A stretch of DNA of 64,000 bases from Vicugna vicugna (lineage: Eukaryota), in NCBI GenBank assembly GCA_013265495.1, contig MU058221.1, positions 4,758,066 to 4,822,065 on the forward strand, given 5' to 3'. The notes beneath the pieces are model-generated. The model saw only the letters and a list, made by a program, of their open reading frames with translations, ran no database searches and was not told the DNA's origin. The translations under genes and the position numbers were made by a program. Of the stretch, positions 1 through 13,840 are shown piece after piece; position 1 is the first letter of the stretch; each line of letters starts with the position of its first letter.

Positions 1-330
1 GGACGGCGGCGGGGGACCGAGGAGCCGGCCGGGACCCGGCGGGCGCGTCCGGTCGCCGGGCGACGACGGCGAGCGCCCCTGCCTGCGGGCGACCGCACGG
101 CGGGCGGGAAGGCTCTGCGGCCGGGGAACGGGCAGACCCCGCCGCCCGCAGCCCGCCCCGGCCTCGCGGCTAGGCCTCGGCGCGTCCCTGAGCTCGGGTA
201 ACCAAGTTCCCGGGGCGGATCCGGCCCGGCCGGGCGAGCAAACTCCCTGCTCGGTCACCCGGTCGGAGGGGGCTCGCTCCCGGCCGGCCGTGGGCCCCTC
301 GCCCGGCGTGCACCGTCCACCTCAACCAGG
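1..330. promoter_or_regulatory. KCMF1: 3' part of the KCMF1 promoter CpG island (start of intron 1)
   Basis: Very GC-rich and CpG-dense with GC-box-like motifs, falling to AT-rich sequence after ~400. No ATG exon (MSRHE) is seen, so exon 1 should lie just upstream of the window. Confidence 0.85.
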
Positions 331-2216
331 TTTTGGTCAGTGACCATGGGGAGGTCTGTTAGTGGTCAGGGGGCGTTCTGGACTCAGTTTTGCGGTTTAA
401 AACATGATGGGGTTACAGCTGCAAATAAGCAGACAGCTCCAGCCCTGTCCCAGGGCACAAAGAGAGAAATATGTAGGGCCGATGTAAAGGCGTTGAGCTA
501 GTGAAAAATAAGTTAACTTCAATTTGCTGCCATATGGTTTAGAAAAGGGGGAGGGGGTTTGTTTTCTTTGTTTCACTACCACAGGTCTTTAAATGAAAAG
601 TATAATGAGACTTGACGAGAAGTTTATCCTGGTAAGGTTACAGCAAGACTGTAGAAGTGGCTTGAAGATACCATGTACTTTTTGGTGTTAAAATCCTGTA
701 TAGGTGATGTAGGCGTGGAGAAAGTTTAGTGAGTCACATTCGTGTGTGCATCACACCGTTGGAAGGGTATTAGGGGAACACAGGCCTTAGAATTTCGAGG
801 TTGAAAAACTCAGGCTGATCAGAATCACATTTAGGGCAACTTTCAGGATTTGCATTACTAATTGCAATGTTGAGATTGATTCAAAGAATGTATTGTGTTC
901 AAGGATTCTGTATTTTAAAAGTCACAAAACTGATACAAAATATGCTGTGTTTTCTTCATTTACTGTGTGCAAGTGTTGGACATTTTGAAGAAATAAGGTA
1001 CATAGGGTCATAGATCTATCTAGAGGCCATGCCTATTTTCCCATTTTTTCCTACTTAGTGGAAATATATTCCCTCTCATAATTTAAAATAAGTTGTAATT
1101 AAGGTTATAATCAAAGTTTAATTTGGGATAGTAAGGCTTATTTTAGACTGTAGTTGTGTGTATGTTGACCCCCTTTAAGACAAAATGAAAGATCAATGCG
1201 GCAGGCTCTTACCCATAAGAATTGGGAGAGTTAAAATGACAGAATCATAGCTATGGAGGAAAGCTGTTTGAGACCAGTTCTCCTTGCGTCAGGAAAACAT
1301 CCAGGTAGTTACAGACTGACTATTCTAGTTGAATGGTGTCCTGGAAAGATTCTTCACCCTCAGTAATCGTTTAGAGTAATTAAAATCCCACTGTGTGAGC
1401 ATTCTTGAATATATCACAAGTTCTGTAACTTCAGCCCGTTTCCCCCAGTTTGGTCCTGTGGAGAGGCATGTGGTCATGAAACTTAGTTACCTTTTAGTTA
1501 CTTGAATGTAACTGAACCTCAGCACATTAATAACACACCTCCTCTGGTAACTTACATAATGCCAGATGTTTCTGAAAAAGGAACATTCCTATAATATATC
1601 AGTTGAAGACTTACAGTATTTGACAAGTGATTACTTTTTAAGGATCTAGTTTGTGGCCTAAGGTGGGATTGGCAGTCTCATTAAGAATTACATTTGATTC
1701 ATTAGCTCTCTCTGTTTTGTGAAATTTTAGTTTAGGCTGCCAATTATTTTCATCTGTAGGAATTTCACCTATCAAAAAATGTAGAGTTGACACCCTCAGG
1801 ATTGTAGTTCTTTCTCTCACCTTTCTCTTCTTTGGGCCAACTAATCCCATTTTTGTAGTGGTGATTTTTGAGCTGTTTTAAGCATCTGTCCACCTCCAAA
1901 TTCTCTGTAGTTCTTGTTTACCTTTCAGTAGTGTGACCTAGAACTGTGTGTAGTAGTCTGCTAAAAGATTTGAACTGTGCTGCCTGTAATGTGCTTGCAT
2001 TGTGCTTCCTTTTCAGAGCCTTCTGTATACATGCAATTTGTTACTTTGTCTTTGGGCCCATCCTGATGAGTTGCACTATGTTATATGTAACGATGTAGCT
2101 TTGGACAATACAGCCCCAACATGGACATCTGTCAAGTTTAGCGTCTACCTTGGGAAGCAGTGGACTACCTCTGAGAAATGAGATGCAGCTGAGAGCACAG
2201 AGAAATGCTCTAGCCC

Positions 2217-2545
2217 AGGGGTCAGCGTGCTTTTTTCTGTAAAGGGCCAGATAGTGAATATCTTAGGCTTGGAGAGCTGTAAGGTCACTGGCGGCTGTGC
2301 CACTTAGTGTTAAAGCAACTGTAGACGACGTGTAATGAATGAGCACAACTATGTTCCAATGAAAACTTCCTTTATAGAACTGACATTTGAATTTCACCTG
2401 ATTTTCATGTGTTACGAGTGATGATTCTCCATTTCACCATTTGAAAATGTAAAAACCATCCTTAGCTTGCAGGCCATACAAACACAGGAGGTGGCCAGCT
2501 TTGGCCCGCTTTGGCCTGCGGGCTATAATTTGCCTATTTTGGTTC
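2217..2545. mobile_element. MER58-like hAT-Charlie non-autonomous DNA transposon
   Basis: Begins caggggtcagc...ttttctgtaaagggccagatagtgaatat and ends ...ggcctgcgggctataatttgcc; resembles the MER58 consensus as recalled. Confidence 0.75.
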
Positions 2546-5500
2546 TAGACTGGAGCTTGAGAGAGTTGTTGGAGCTGGAATTGAGAGAAGTCCAGAAAGG
2601 GCCCACCTTGCTTGGTATTCCATCATTTCCTTTGGGTAATGGGGAGTGAGCCCTTGGACTGAACCAGTTCCTGAGGGGGTGGGAAACAGCCTTCCCCCAG
2701 TCATGTCTGAGTGGAGAAGGTGGTACTCTGCCTTAACTAAGTCTCCTGCTTGCCCATTATGACTTTGCCAACCGGAATTCCAGGGCCTCTTTTAATTCAC
2801 TTTGTAGTGTTCTTGTCATTGTAACAAACATTTTACAGCATTAGTGCCTAGTTACGTTATGTTCACCATACCAGCACAATCTCATTCCGTGTTATACACA
2901 GCGAAACCAACTATTTTCTATTTTATTTGTAGGAGTATTTTTTTATGTTTCACTATATACTGTCTTTTAAGTGCATTTAAAATATAACTTGCTCAGAGCT
3001 TAAAATCCATTTAATAACTTTGCAGAGTTTTTAGAAAACATCAAATTACACAATGCTTGTTAGCTAAAATGAAATTATGAAAGTTCTTGCGTGAGTTGAC
3101 ACCTAATTGATTACATGGGGTTAGGAATACATTTATTGTCTTAAACCATTCAGCCTTTTTTCAGTCGCTACTATGTATAAGGCACTGGGCTAGGTACCAA
3201 GGATACAGGGATGAATGAATGAGACACAGCTTCTCACCTTAAGTGTGGTGGAGAAGATGCTCGTGTGCAGAGCTTCTGCAGCCCAGTGTGATACATGCCT
3301 AAAGAAGGGTAAACCCATCAATAACAAAATATACTACCAACTTTTTTTCTTAACTACTTTTGCCCAATTTCAGAGAGAGAATCTATTGTGATTTCTAACT
3401 CTTTTTTTTCTTGAGTGCCTGCTTAGATTTTTCATGGGCTACTCTTGATTTTGGGTAAAATCATTTGAGATCTCAAACAGAGTCCTTATGTGATTTATAT
3501 TTCCCCTAGCTTTTTGAGTATTTTCGTATGTAAAAATGATAGTGAATAAGTGAACAATTGATCATATTATGTTATTCTCAGAAGCATCTGATACTGTTTA
3601 TTTTCAAAATGTAAGATATAAAAGCAGGTAGGCCATTACTCAAGTTTTTAAAAGTTGTACCATTTTTTTTTGAAATTGTACCACTCTTGTTAGTAGATTT
3701 AAATTCTTTTCTAAAATTGCTTTCTGACACTAAGAATGCACATGCAGACAATCCCAGAGTGAATTGCAATGATTTTGTTTCCAGGATTTGGGGACTGCAA
3801 AATTAGGATTGGCAATTAGCATGTGATTTTAATGTGGTGCCTTTGGCCTTCCTGTGGCAAAGTGATTTCACTCCTCCTGTACCGATCTTTGCTGTCATGT
3901 TGGATAATTTATTATATTTTATGATCTGTTAAAAGATTGTGACATTCTTAAGACTTTTTTGATTTCAATAAATCATGAATTACATTTATCTTGACTTTCA
4001 ATAAAGGATAGATAACAATGTAAATAACTTCTGGGGTCTTTGCTTTCATGATTTTGTATAAAGTTGATTTTGAAACCCATTTTCCCCATATTTTGACATT
4101 TGTGTGAATGTTAAAATATAACAAAATATAACTTTCCTCTCATTTTAAGTTGGAAATTTTGTTTGGAAGAAATTCCTTTTAGTCTTAGAATTTTAAGATG
4201 CATTCGCAGCAATCTTGTTTAAAGATTGAAAACTTTTTTATAGCGGAAAATTTGGAAACTTCTGATGTGAAATGACCAAACAAATCCCTTCATATTAGAC
4301 TTACATTTCAAAAAAAAAGTCCATGTGCTTATGAGTCATAACTTAATTTTCAAAACATCAGCTTTATAATGTCTACCATATACATTTGCTGAAGTTTGGA
4401 TCTTTTTAGATTGGGGGGTTCCAAAAGTTGTTTTCAGTGAAGATTAAGGTATCATTGGATTACTCTAAAAATAGTGTGTTTTTCATTTCATTATAAATAT
4501 TGCTGTGGGGCTACTTTCATGAATATGGACTCAAAGGAAACATTTCCTACCCTTCGTACTCATAAAATTTAAAAGTAGTGCTGTTCATGATTAAAATCTT
4601 TGTTAATAAAAGTTTAATCTCACATTAATTTTAGTGTTGTGCTAGGAGCCATGATGTTTTTCATTTCCTTAAAATGATAAGGCATAGTTTTTTCAGTCAT
4701 TGTTGGTATTCATTAAAACTAAGGAAAGAGGTATACAGATCTGAGCATTTTTAAAATGTGGTAATTTTTTTTCTATTAGCTGTGTCTTGATTCATGTTGG
4801 AGATACTGGATAAGGCAGACAATCTCTTGAGGGAGCAGATTACCCAGATTCCACAGGAAGGGAGTGAGTGGTCAGGAAGAGGGAAGGTGTTTCGGAGATA
4901 ACTAGGGACAAGAGGCCGGGCAGGGTGGACATGGAGCTGGAAGGGTCTGTAGCCACAGGGAGTCAGAAACAGAAAACTCACTCTCATGCCTGATGAAGTG
5001 TCTTAAGAGCTGGATACCAGGAAGTGAAAACTCAGTGTCCTGTGAAACTGGCAAGAGATGAATTGCCTCGGTAGGTCCTTTCCAGGGTGCCGTGGCTGCC
5101 ACCTTTCTCACCGCCCTCCCAGGGTGTTTGTTAATCTGTGTTTTTAGCCCTGTCTCTCTGGATAGCAGGAGAGCAGAGTGTGGCTCCATCCAGTTCACAT
5201 ACATGGTCCCTTTATTTATTCATGGCCACAGCACCAACCAGCAGTCCAGCAGACTTTGCCAGTAGCCACAAGGGGTATCAGGGAGGAAGTGTGGATGGAT
5301 CCCTGGAAATTCATCACTGCTGTGAGAAAAAACCAACTGAAATGACAGGAGTGGGTCAGTCAAGTCACCTTCAGCTTGGAGGGACAGACAATAAGTGGGT
5401 GAAGCCTCTTGACATCATGACTAATTAGGTTTGTACATTATCTTCTGCTGAATTGTGTGTGTGTGTGTGTGTTCCTTCTCTTGCTAGTACTCAGTGCCAG

Positions 5501-7269
5501 TGTCATGAACTTCACGTTTTTCTAAAGTCAGAGGATCTTCATTAGGGGAATCACTTTGGAGTGCTAATTTGATGAGTTGACTGTTAGAACAGTCACAGGT
5601 ATGTTCATCTGTAATTTATTTTTTGGCTTTGACTTTTGTTCTTTTTGCTCCTCGAAGACTGTCACCCTTCCCCTGCATCCAGCAGTCTTCCCTCCGGTGG
5701 CACTCCTGCCTCATTCTCCAGGCATTTTTTTTTTAATGCTGTGATTGTTTACTTGTCTGCCTGCCCCCCAAGCTAGCTGAGGGGTGGGTATAGTGTTACA
5801 CTTACTTTTGTCCCTACCACCCAGCACAGCGACTGGCCTTTGGGAGGCCCAGTGAACATTTGTGGGTGATTGTTAGAGATGTCAATAATTGTCTAAAAAA
5901 TGGTGAGACTGGAAAATGCTCTCTTGTGTTTTATGTGGGAGAGCTGGCTGAGAGAGAGATTGTAGGAAAGAGAACTTGGAACTTTCATAAAAGTGAGAGG
6001 GGATGAATAAACTATGCACGTACAGTGAAAATGACTTAGGGTAGCCGACTCCTAGGGGAGCAGCCTGGAACTAGACTCCAGCTACTGCTTTGTTCTCCTT
6101 CTGGCTCTGGTTTCAGATTAACTGGCTGTGGGTTCTGCATATTAGTTGCACTGTGTGTGTGAGTTCTCTGGTTCATTCAGTCATTCATTCAGTGAGTATT
6201 TATGGACTGCCTACTCAAGTACCACTCGAAGTCATCTCCAGAGCTTGCCACCAGTTGTTGACCCTTGCTGCATGGTGATAATATTCAGTGGGTTTGAAAC
6301 ACATGTTTGGTAATTACATGCTTTTCTGTTGCATAGGTTGTGGCTCTTTTCCAGTGTGCTGGAATTAGTCCTTGAAGTTTATATTTTATGACAGGGTAAT
6401 TAAATCATGTAAGTGTTTTAATGTTTTGGCAATATTTGCACCCTCCCCTTTTTTTTTAAAGCTTATTTTCACAATCACTTCTAATTCTGTCCAGTGGTAC
6501 ATTTCTGTCTGTAACAGTCTTATGCTTAGACTGAAAGTCTCAACACATGTCTGCATATGTAAGTGTCTTTTTGATGCTTAGGAAAGAGCTCAAGGGATTG
6601 AACATTTGCTTTTTGTATTCAGTGTGGTTTTTTGCAAAGTCCTATGGTCATTTAGCAAGTGTTGGGGTGGATAACTTAGACCCTCCTTCCTCCTGTTATT
6701 CTCCCCCAGCGTTCCCCTTTGGTGTCCTCTGTGATGGTAGGGGTTTGGCAGTGCAAGCAAATGAGAAGCTTTCTAAATCAGGATGTAAGGACATTGAAGT
6801 AAAGTGGGCAGGGATTTACATAAAGGAGTTGTTACAGATGTGTCCTTTCTTCTCTGCAAGAATGAAATACGTGCCCGGAGCCTGTGGGCTGGCTGGGTGT
6901 TGGGGATCAGGTAGTTTTCATAATCAGAGATCTTACGATCATCCTTATTAACACTGTGAGGGGTTCTGACATAGTTAATTGCAGTTTGAAATGAATGTAA
7001 ACTGTTCATGTGTTTGTGTAGCTACAGATATGGGTATACAAAGTGGTCACAGAGGTGGGCTAGTCTCCCCTTCTCTAGGAAAAGTGATGATTAGAGCCTC
7101 AAGTTACAGTGAGCACCTGACCCATGTGGTCCTGAATTAGGCCAGGATCAAGGATCGTCACTCTGTGTCAGACATACTGCAGATCTTCATGCTCATTCAT
7201 TGCTCCATGTCATTTTTTACAAGCTTTTAAGAAATCAACCAAAGGAAGAAGAGATAGCAAATCTGCCTG

Positions 7270-7540
7270 CAGAACTGGGTAGACCATCACGCTGTGCAAT
7301 AGAAATCTGAGTTCTCTGGTAGCCACAGTAACAAAACTAAGGAGGTGAAATTAATTTTAATAATTTAGTGCTTTAACCCAATTTATACAAAATAACATTT
7401 CAAGATGTAATCCATATACATATTGTTGATGAGATATTTTTACATTTTTTTTCTTTACAATGCTATGAAAACCTAGTGTATATTTCACACTTACTTTTTA
7501 TTTCAGATGCTAAATTTTCATTAAAAAATACTTGGTCTTA
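7270..7540. mobile_element. MER3/MER33-like hAT-Charlie relic
   Basis: gctgtgcaatagaaat...tagccaca...gtgaaattaattttaataat...gtatatttcacactta motifs; boundaries approximate. Confidence 0.55.
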
Positions 7541-8481
7541 GCTGAGAAACACTTTAGACTCATACATTGGGGGTCTGCTAATTCATCTTTTGAACATATA
7601 CTGTCTCTTTGTGGAAGTACATGTTGATGCAGTATGGCCATTTACTTAATGATCCATTCATTAATATTCTCGATTTCTACTTCTTGAATTTCTCTCCTAA
7701 GGAGCTAGATTTTACCTTAACTTTTTTTTTACCTTACAGTTATTTTAAAACTACTTTAGCTACATGTAACCATCACAGTAGAAACCCACTTTATAAACAG
7801 CTACAAATGTATATAAATTCTAATCCCTTTGTTGGCTGTTAAGATTGATGAGGTGTAAATAATGGCTTTGGGGTGATTTTAATGTGAGTTTGGGGGGTTA
7901 TTTTAAAGCCCCCTGTGTTGACAAATGTAGAATTTATAAAAATTGTTACTAGCCCATTGCAAGTTCTGTTATGGTGAATTCATCATTTGAAGAAAGTGAC
8001 CCCTAGGCTTAGTAATTAATTGTAGATGTGTTTCATTGTAATGAGGCGCTAGTATCCATCTCCAAAAGGCTCTTGGCATCTAATAGCAGAGGCGTGGGTG
8101 GTTAGGGTTCTTCTCCAAAGTAACTTTCAGGAAACTGTGGAGCTAATACTCAGCTCACCATGTCAAGGTGAGCCACCCACTGTGACCTCTCTCTTTTACC
8201 TGTTTGGCTTATTGCTTTAGCCAGTGAAAACTAGATTTGCAGGTGAAAATAAAGTGTGGGGAAGACGGTCTGTTAAAAATTAAAGCCCTAGTGTTTTTCT
8301 GTCTTCATTTTACTGGAGCAGCAGTTTCTTGGAGCAGTCAGTTTTATGGTTCCTCCCCGCCCCCCGAAGCCTCCCTCCAGTCAGACCCCTGGAATATCAG
8401 GGATCTGTGGCGCTCTCTCTCTGTTTTTTTTTTTTTAATAGTATAAAAATGCCAGTACTGTCGCTTCTGGGTGCTGTCACC

Positions 8482-8745
8482 CAGTGGTTCTCCCAGTGGT
8501 TTAGGACCAGCAGTATCAGCAGCACCTGGGAACCTGCTAGAAATACAGATTCTAGGGGGAGGGTGTGGGCTGAGCATGCACGAGGTCCTGGGTTCAACCC
8601 CCGGTGCTTCCGTTAAAAACAAACAAACAAACCTGATTCCCCCCACCTGCCGCCAAAAACAAAAACCACCACAAAAAAGAAATGCACAGTCTTAGGCTCT
8701 GCCTTAGCGCTGCTGAGTCAGAACTTCTGGGTTTAACGCACTCCT
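8482..8745. mobile_element. MER5A-like DNA transposon interrupted by a SINE
   Basis: cagtggttctc...accagcagtatcagcagcacctgggaacctgctagaaatacagattct [SINE] ...ctgagtcagaact. Confidence 0.7.
8554..8677 (+). mobile_element. Camelid-type tRNA-derived SINE (Vic-1-like) with deleted A box
   Basis: ggggagggt...gcatgcacgaggtcctgggttcaaccccc (B box) and A-rich tail; degenerate TSD agaaatacagattct (8539-8553) / agaaatgcacagtct (8678-8692). Confidence 0.8.
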
Positions 8746-9479
8746 GCCAGTTAAAGCCAGAGGCATCTTTCGTGTGAGGTGGCCATTGCTGGTGACAGGC
8801 GTGCAGTGGCTGTGACACTTTGCAGTGTGCAACACTGACCCAGTGGGAATGGAGCCGATGACCTCGGTCTCATTCTTCTTGAACATCGTGCTGTTGTCAC
8901 CTGAGGATGGAAGAGGAGCGTAGCTCCCCACTCCAGACTAGGTCTTTTTACTTATTTACTCAACACATACTTAATGAAAGTGTGCTTGGGGCCAGGCACT
9001 ATTCTGGCCACGGGGAAACCATAGTGAGCAAAACGGAGACGCCTTCTGTCCCCCTGACACTCACACTGTTAGAAGGAACATGCTGGGGGTGCTTGGCCTG
9101 GGGCCAGTCCGGGCCGCCTGCCTGTTTTGGTAAATCAAGTTGCATTATCTCCTCACTTCCATGTCGCCTGAGCTGCTTTGGGGCCTGAGCTGCTTTGGGC
9201 AACGGTGGGGAGCTGAGTGGTGGGGACAGAGGAAGCTGAGCTGCTCACTGTGTGGCTCTTGATGGGAAGGGTTTGTGGATCCCTGGGAAAGGCCGGAGAA
9301 GAATAACTAGGGCATGGAGTGCTGGGAGGAGGTGACAGGCAGTGTGAGGAGCCACACAGCAGGCTAAGGGGACAGAGAACAGGGCCTGCTTTAGGTACGT
9401 GGTCAGGCAGGGCCTTTGCGAAGACGGAACATGAAGAAAATAAAGCTTGCATTAAGTGAAGGCTGTGTCGAGGGGGTTC

Positions 9480-9930
9480 AGCAGGTGTGGAGGCGCTGCC
9501 CCTTGCAGTGTGCTGGGACCAGCAGCGAGGCCGCCGTGGCTGGAGGACAGTGACGGGGGAGGGGGGGGAGGCGGGAAATGAAGTCGGTGTGGCCGGGCCC
9601 GATCCCGCCTGCCCCCGTGTCCTGGGCGGCGGCGAGGACTGTCTCCCTGTGGGCGCTCTGAGAAGTGCGCTTTAGCAGCCCTTCTTCCGGAGCGGGGTCT
9701 TTTTGGTAAACATGGCGGAAACGAAACACCTAATGTGGTGCGACCCAGCGCTTCCGAGAAACATTTCTTTACAGACCCCCCCCCGCCCCGCGTCACTCTG
9801 GGGATGTCCACCAAGCGAGGACGGGAGGGGCGGGGTGCGGAGCCAGGAGGACCTGGCCGTGCTGCGGGGAGGGGCTGGGCGGCACCAGGGAGACGGGCGC
9901 TTCTGGACACGGGACTCCGTGTGTCAGTCC
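9480..9930. promoter_or_regulatory. Intronic GC/CpG-rich promoter- or enhancer-like element
   Basis: Local CpG enrichment; ETS core CTTCCGG 9684-9690, YY1-like AAACATGGCGG 9708-9718, GC boxes near 9781 and 9827. Confidence 0.4.
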
Positions 9931-10899
9931 TGACCTGCAGTGCTGCAGGAAGGATGCTGATGCCTCTCTGGCCTCGTTCCCAGCATTGTGGAGGCTGATA
10001 CCAGAGCGTGCAGGAATGCTTTCTAAGTTAGATAAAACCCTGCACAACTGTAAAGTGATAGTATTTTTATTACGGGAGATAAGATTGGAGCAAGGTAGAC
10101 AGGGGAGGATTTCGATTGCCACCCTAAGGTCAGTCTTTTCCCTTTTCCATACAGATTATGGGATGAAATGGGGGTGGTGCACCAAAAGTTCTAAGCAGAA
10201 AAAGGACGTGATGGAAAGTTGTGTGTTTTATGAAGATCAGTGTGTGCTGTGTGTGGGACAGACTGGTGCCTGTGGCAGGGACCAGTTAGAGGCTCTTTGG
10301 TACAGCCTGAAGTTAAAAGGACCTGGACTAGCCACAGACAGTGGGAACAAAAAGAGAAAAGATGACTTGAGATGAAGTCTCACTGCAGGAGAGCAGGGAC
10401 TGACGTGTAACTTTAGGCCCAGCAGCCACGGTGCTGGGAGGGGAGCAGGTTCTTCTGGCGAGCAGGGGAGACAGGAAGGGAGAGATGGGCAAAGGTGGGG
10501 AGAGAGCAATCCCCAGCATTTGACATGGCGAGGATGAAGTGACGGCGGGCCACTAGGCAGAAATCAGGAGTTGAGAAAGACCATGTTAGGGCATCGGAGA
10601 GCGGCGTCTCGGCTAGAAAAAAGAATTTTAATTTTGTAGCCCCCTACACTGAAACCTGAGTGTGTCTAAGGGAGAAGCTTCTAGAGAAGGAAGGACCAGG
10701 GAGCCCAGACGAAAGCCAGGACTGTGATGTGACGTGGAAGCCGCAGAGACCGGTTCCTGCCCAGCCATCATCTCTAATAGCACTTGCATTGCGAGTATTG
10801 ACTTAAAACTCCTTCAGGTGTAGGCTTTGCATAGGGGTGAGAGGTGGGAGGGGGAGAAACTCCCACTAACCAAGCATCTGCCTTACTGACAGTGCCATT

Positions 10900-11265
10900 T
10901 ACTGAGTGCGTGCTGCCCGCGAGGCGCCGTGCTCGGCATTTCACAGGGACCAAACCGTTCAATTCTCACGGCAGACCTGTGAGGAATGTATATTATCCCA
11001 GTTCTGTAGATGAGGAAACGGAGACGTTAACTTCGTTGCCTGGGGTCACCCAGGCCTGGTTCTCAGCATTAAGCTGTGCTCTGTACTGTGCACTTTATGG
11101 ACTGGCTCCTGCGGCAAAGACCTCACTTAAAAGGCCTGGCAAAATTTCAGAACAACCCAGTGGGATACGTTAGCCTGTTGTACAAATGAGGAATTTGAGT
11201 CTCAGAGGTTAACTTACTTGTCCTGGGTCGTGCAGACAGTAAGTGGTAAAGCCAGACTTTGAACC
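10900..11265. mobile_element. MIR SINE fragments (two adjacent)
   Basis: catttactgagtgc...ctgtagatgaggaaacggagac and tacaaatgaggaatttgagtctcagaggttaac...ctttgaacccaag-type MIR core motifs. Confidence 0.65.
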
Positions 11266-11349
11266 AAGTTTTGTCAGAAACCAAAGTCCGTGATCATTTA
11301 TGTTTCCTCCAGAGCTCTGTGCACTTCTCTGTGCAGGCCGAGAGCAGGT

Positions 11350-11648
11350 GTGGCTTTGTGGGCCACGTGTTCTCAACTGCAGCTACGCCTGCCGACTGCC
11401 TTGGTGTGAGAGGAGCCATAAGACTGAACAGAAACAGATGAGCACGGCTCTCACCCTGCTCGTCTTTATTTGTGGACACTGAAATTTAAATTTCACGTAA
11501 CTTTCAGGCATCACTGAAAGATTATTCTTCTTAAAAATTTCTTTTCTAAACCTTTCAAAATGTGAAAACTATTCTTAGCACACAGGCTGTACAAAAACAG
11601 GTGGTGAGCCAGATTTGGCCCATGGGCCATGGTTTGCTGACTCCTGCT
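11350..11648. mobile_element. MER58-like hAT-Charlie DNA transposon
   Basis: ggctttgtgggccac...cactgaaatttaaatttcac...aaaactattcttagc...gatttggcccatgggccatggtttgctgactcctg; homologous to 2217-2545. Confidence 0.75.
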
Positions 11649-13639
11649 TTAATCCATTTATTTAATAAATATGTATTCAATGCCTTCTCTTTATGGAGAC
11701 ACTGTGTTGGGCACTGGGGACAAAAAACCAGTGGGAGTTCCAGCCTTCGAGGAGGAGACAGATAATTGTAATACAACATAGTGTGAACTATAATAAACTG
11801 ATACTCGCGTGGCGTCTAGAAAGAATAGATACGGGAGGCTTCTCAGTTTCGTGGACGAACTCATGAAGGCCTCCCAAAAGAAGTCATGTATTTAAGCTGC
11901 ATGTGATGTTGGGGAGAGTATCCTCACGGAAAGAGACATGAGCAGAAAGAGTTTTCCTTTGAGGGGGATTAAGAAGACGAGGAGACTGATCATTAAGCCC
12001 TTGGGAACACTGAACATTTAAGGAACAGGAGACTGGCTGAAGGGAGTCGCCTGGAGAGTGGGAGAACCAGGAGAGAGCGCTGTCACTGAGCAAGGTGGTT
12101 TTCTGGAAGGAGGACGTGCTCAGTGTTGCTGCAGAAAGGTCAGGAAGACAAGGAATGAAGTGCCCTTTGGCTGGGACTGCTGGAGCGGGGAAGGTTGCGA
12201 ACATCAGTGAGCGCTGTCAGGCATGGCTGGAGCCCGGACTGCAGTGTGTTCAGCCCTGAAGGAGCAGAAGTTAGGCACGCTACCGAAGGCGTGGCTGAGA
12301 CAGGGAGGGGACACGTCTGCAGCTAAAAGGCAGATACCAGCGACTGACACTGGAGCCTGGGAAGGTCACTCGTTCAGCAGATACTGTGCAGACACGGTTG
12401 TTGAGATGGGGGTAGAGTAATGAGAGACAAGGGTGGGGGTTCTCGTTGTAGACCTTGTGTTTTAATGAGGAGGGGCTCAGAAAAGAAACGTAACATTGGT
12501 TGGTGGTAAATACTCTGATGGAAATAAAGCAGAGTGAGGGATTGAGGATTGACTGTGATGGGAGCTGAATGCATGGTCTCTGTGTTTATTTATAAAAGAT
12601 TGGTCAAGAAAGCCTTTCGGAAGAGGTGACCCCTCTCTGAAGCAGGGGCTTCAGATATAGAAGCCCTGGGGTTAGAGTGCAGTGGGCCGTGTGCGGTGCA
12701 GGGTGGGTGGAGCCGGCCTGACACGGGGCAGTAGGGAAGAAGAGGTGGGGAGCACTGGTCCAGGTTGGGTGGGTGCAGTGGGTGATGGCGGGGCCTTGGG
12801 GTTTCATCCTTCGAGCGCGTAGCCAGCAGGACTTCGCGGTGTGGTGCAGGCGAGCCGAGTGGGTGAGGGGAGAGCCATTTACTGAGGTGGGGAGGGAGGA
12901 GCATTTTTGGAGGCGGAATCCGAGAGCTCTGTTTCAGACCTCCTGGGTAAGAGACATCAGTTAGATGCTCAAGTGGAGATGTGTGATGACTAAACTGGAC
13001 CTTAGTTGGTTGAATGAGTGTGAACAAATACACACTCAGCAACAGCATAGGGATGTTAAAGTCGAGACGTGATGTGATTCTGCTGCCCTTCTTTCTAGCT
13101 TATTGCGGCTTGAGTCCCCAACTCTTCTACTAGGTAAATGTCTGTCTAGAGGCCTGTGACCCTTGTTTTCCCCCAGAGTAGCAGGAAAGAGACAGCGCAG
13201 AGGTGGCGTGCCCAGGGTGTCTCCTGTGTTGCAGTGCTGCGGGCCCAGCAGGAGAGCTCGCTGTGGGAGCTGGGCCAGGCTGGCAGCTGGATAATGAATT
13301 GGTTTATTTTAGTTCTATTCTCTCCTATAAAATCAAGAGAAGATAGAATAATAGACCTTTTGGTCCAGATGGAAAACCAGCCTTCTCTTCTTTCCAAATG
13401 AAATTGCTATTTAGAAGGCTGAGTCATGTTACCTGGGATCACAGTCAGGACTCGAATTCAGATCCCGTGACTCTTATTCCAAGCTCATTTCCCACTGGGT
13501 TTGCTGCTGGGGTGAAGTGACCCAACGCTGTAGGCTCAGAGAGAGTTTATTAGTTTGTATATTCTCTGAGGCTAGACTTCTTCAGTGGATAAAATTTTCT
13601 CTTTACTCAGTTTTTTTCTGAGATGCTGAATAGTAAATT

Positions 13640-13840
13640 TATCAGTGGGACTTTGGAGCCAGACTGCCTGAGTTCAGACCCCAGCTTGGTCACTCACTCT
13701 ACTGTGACCTCGGGTAAGTTGTTTGTCTCTCTGTGTATCATTTCACAAGGTGGGCATAGTGCTTAGGGTGGTTGTATTTGGTGGCTGTTACATATAAAAT
13801 GTTTAGAATAGTGCTTGGCATATAATAAGCACTCATTGTT
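13640..13840. mobile_element. MIR SINE
   Basis: gactttggagccagactgcctgagttcagaccccagct...ctgtgacctcgggtaagtt...agaatagtgcttggcatataataagcactca. Confidence 0.7.

Noticed and set aside
4780..5430. Possible old LTR element
   Set aside because: Composition is suggestive, but I could not identify family or boundaries by eye.
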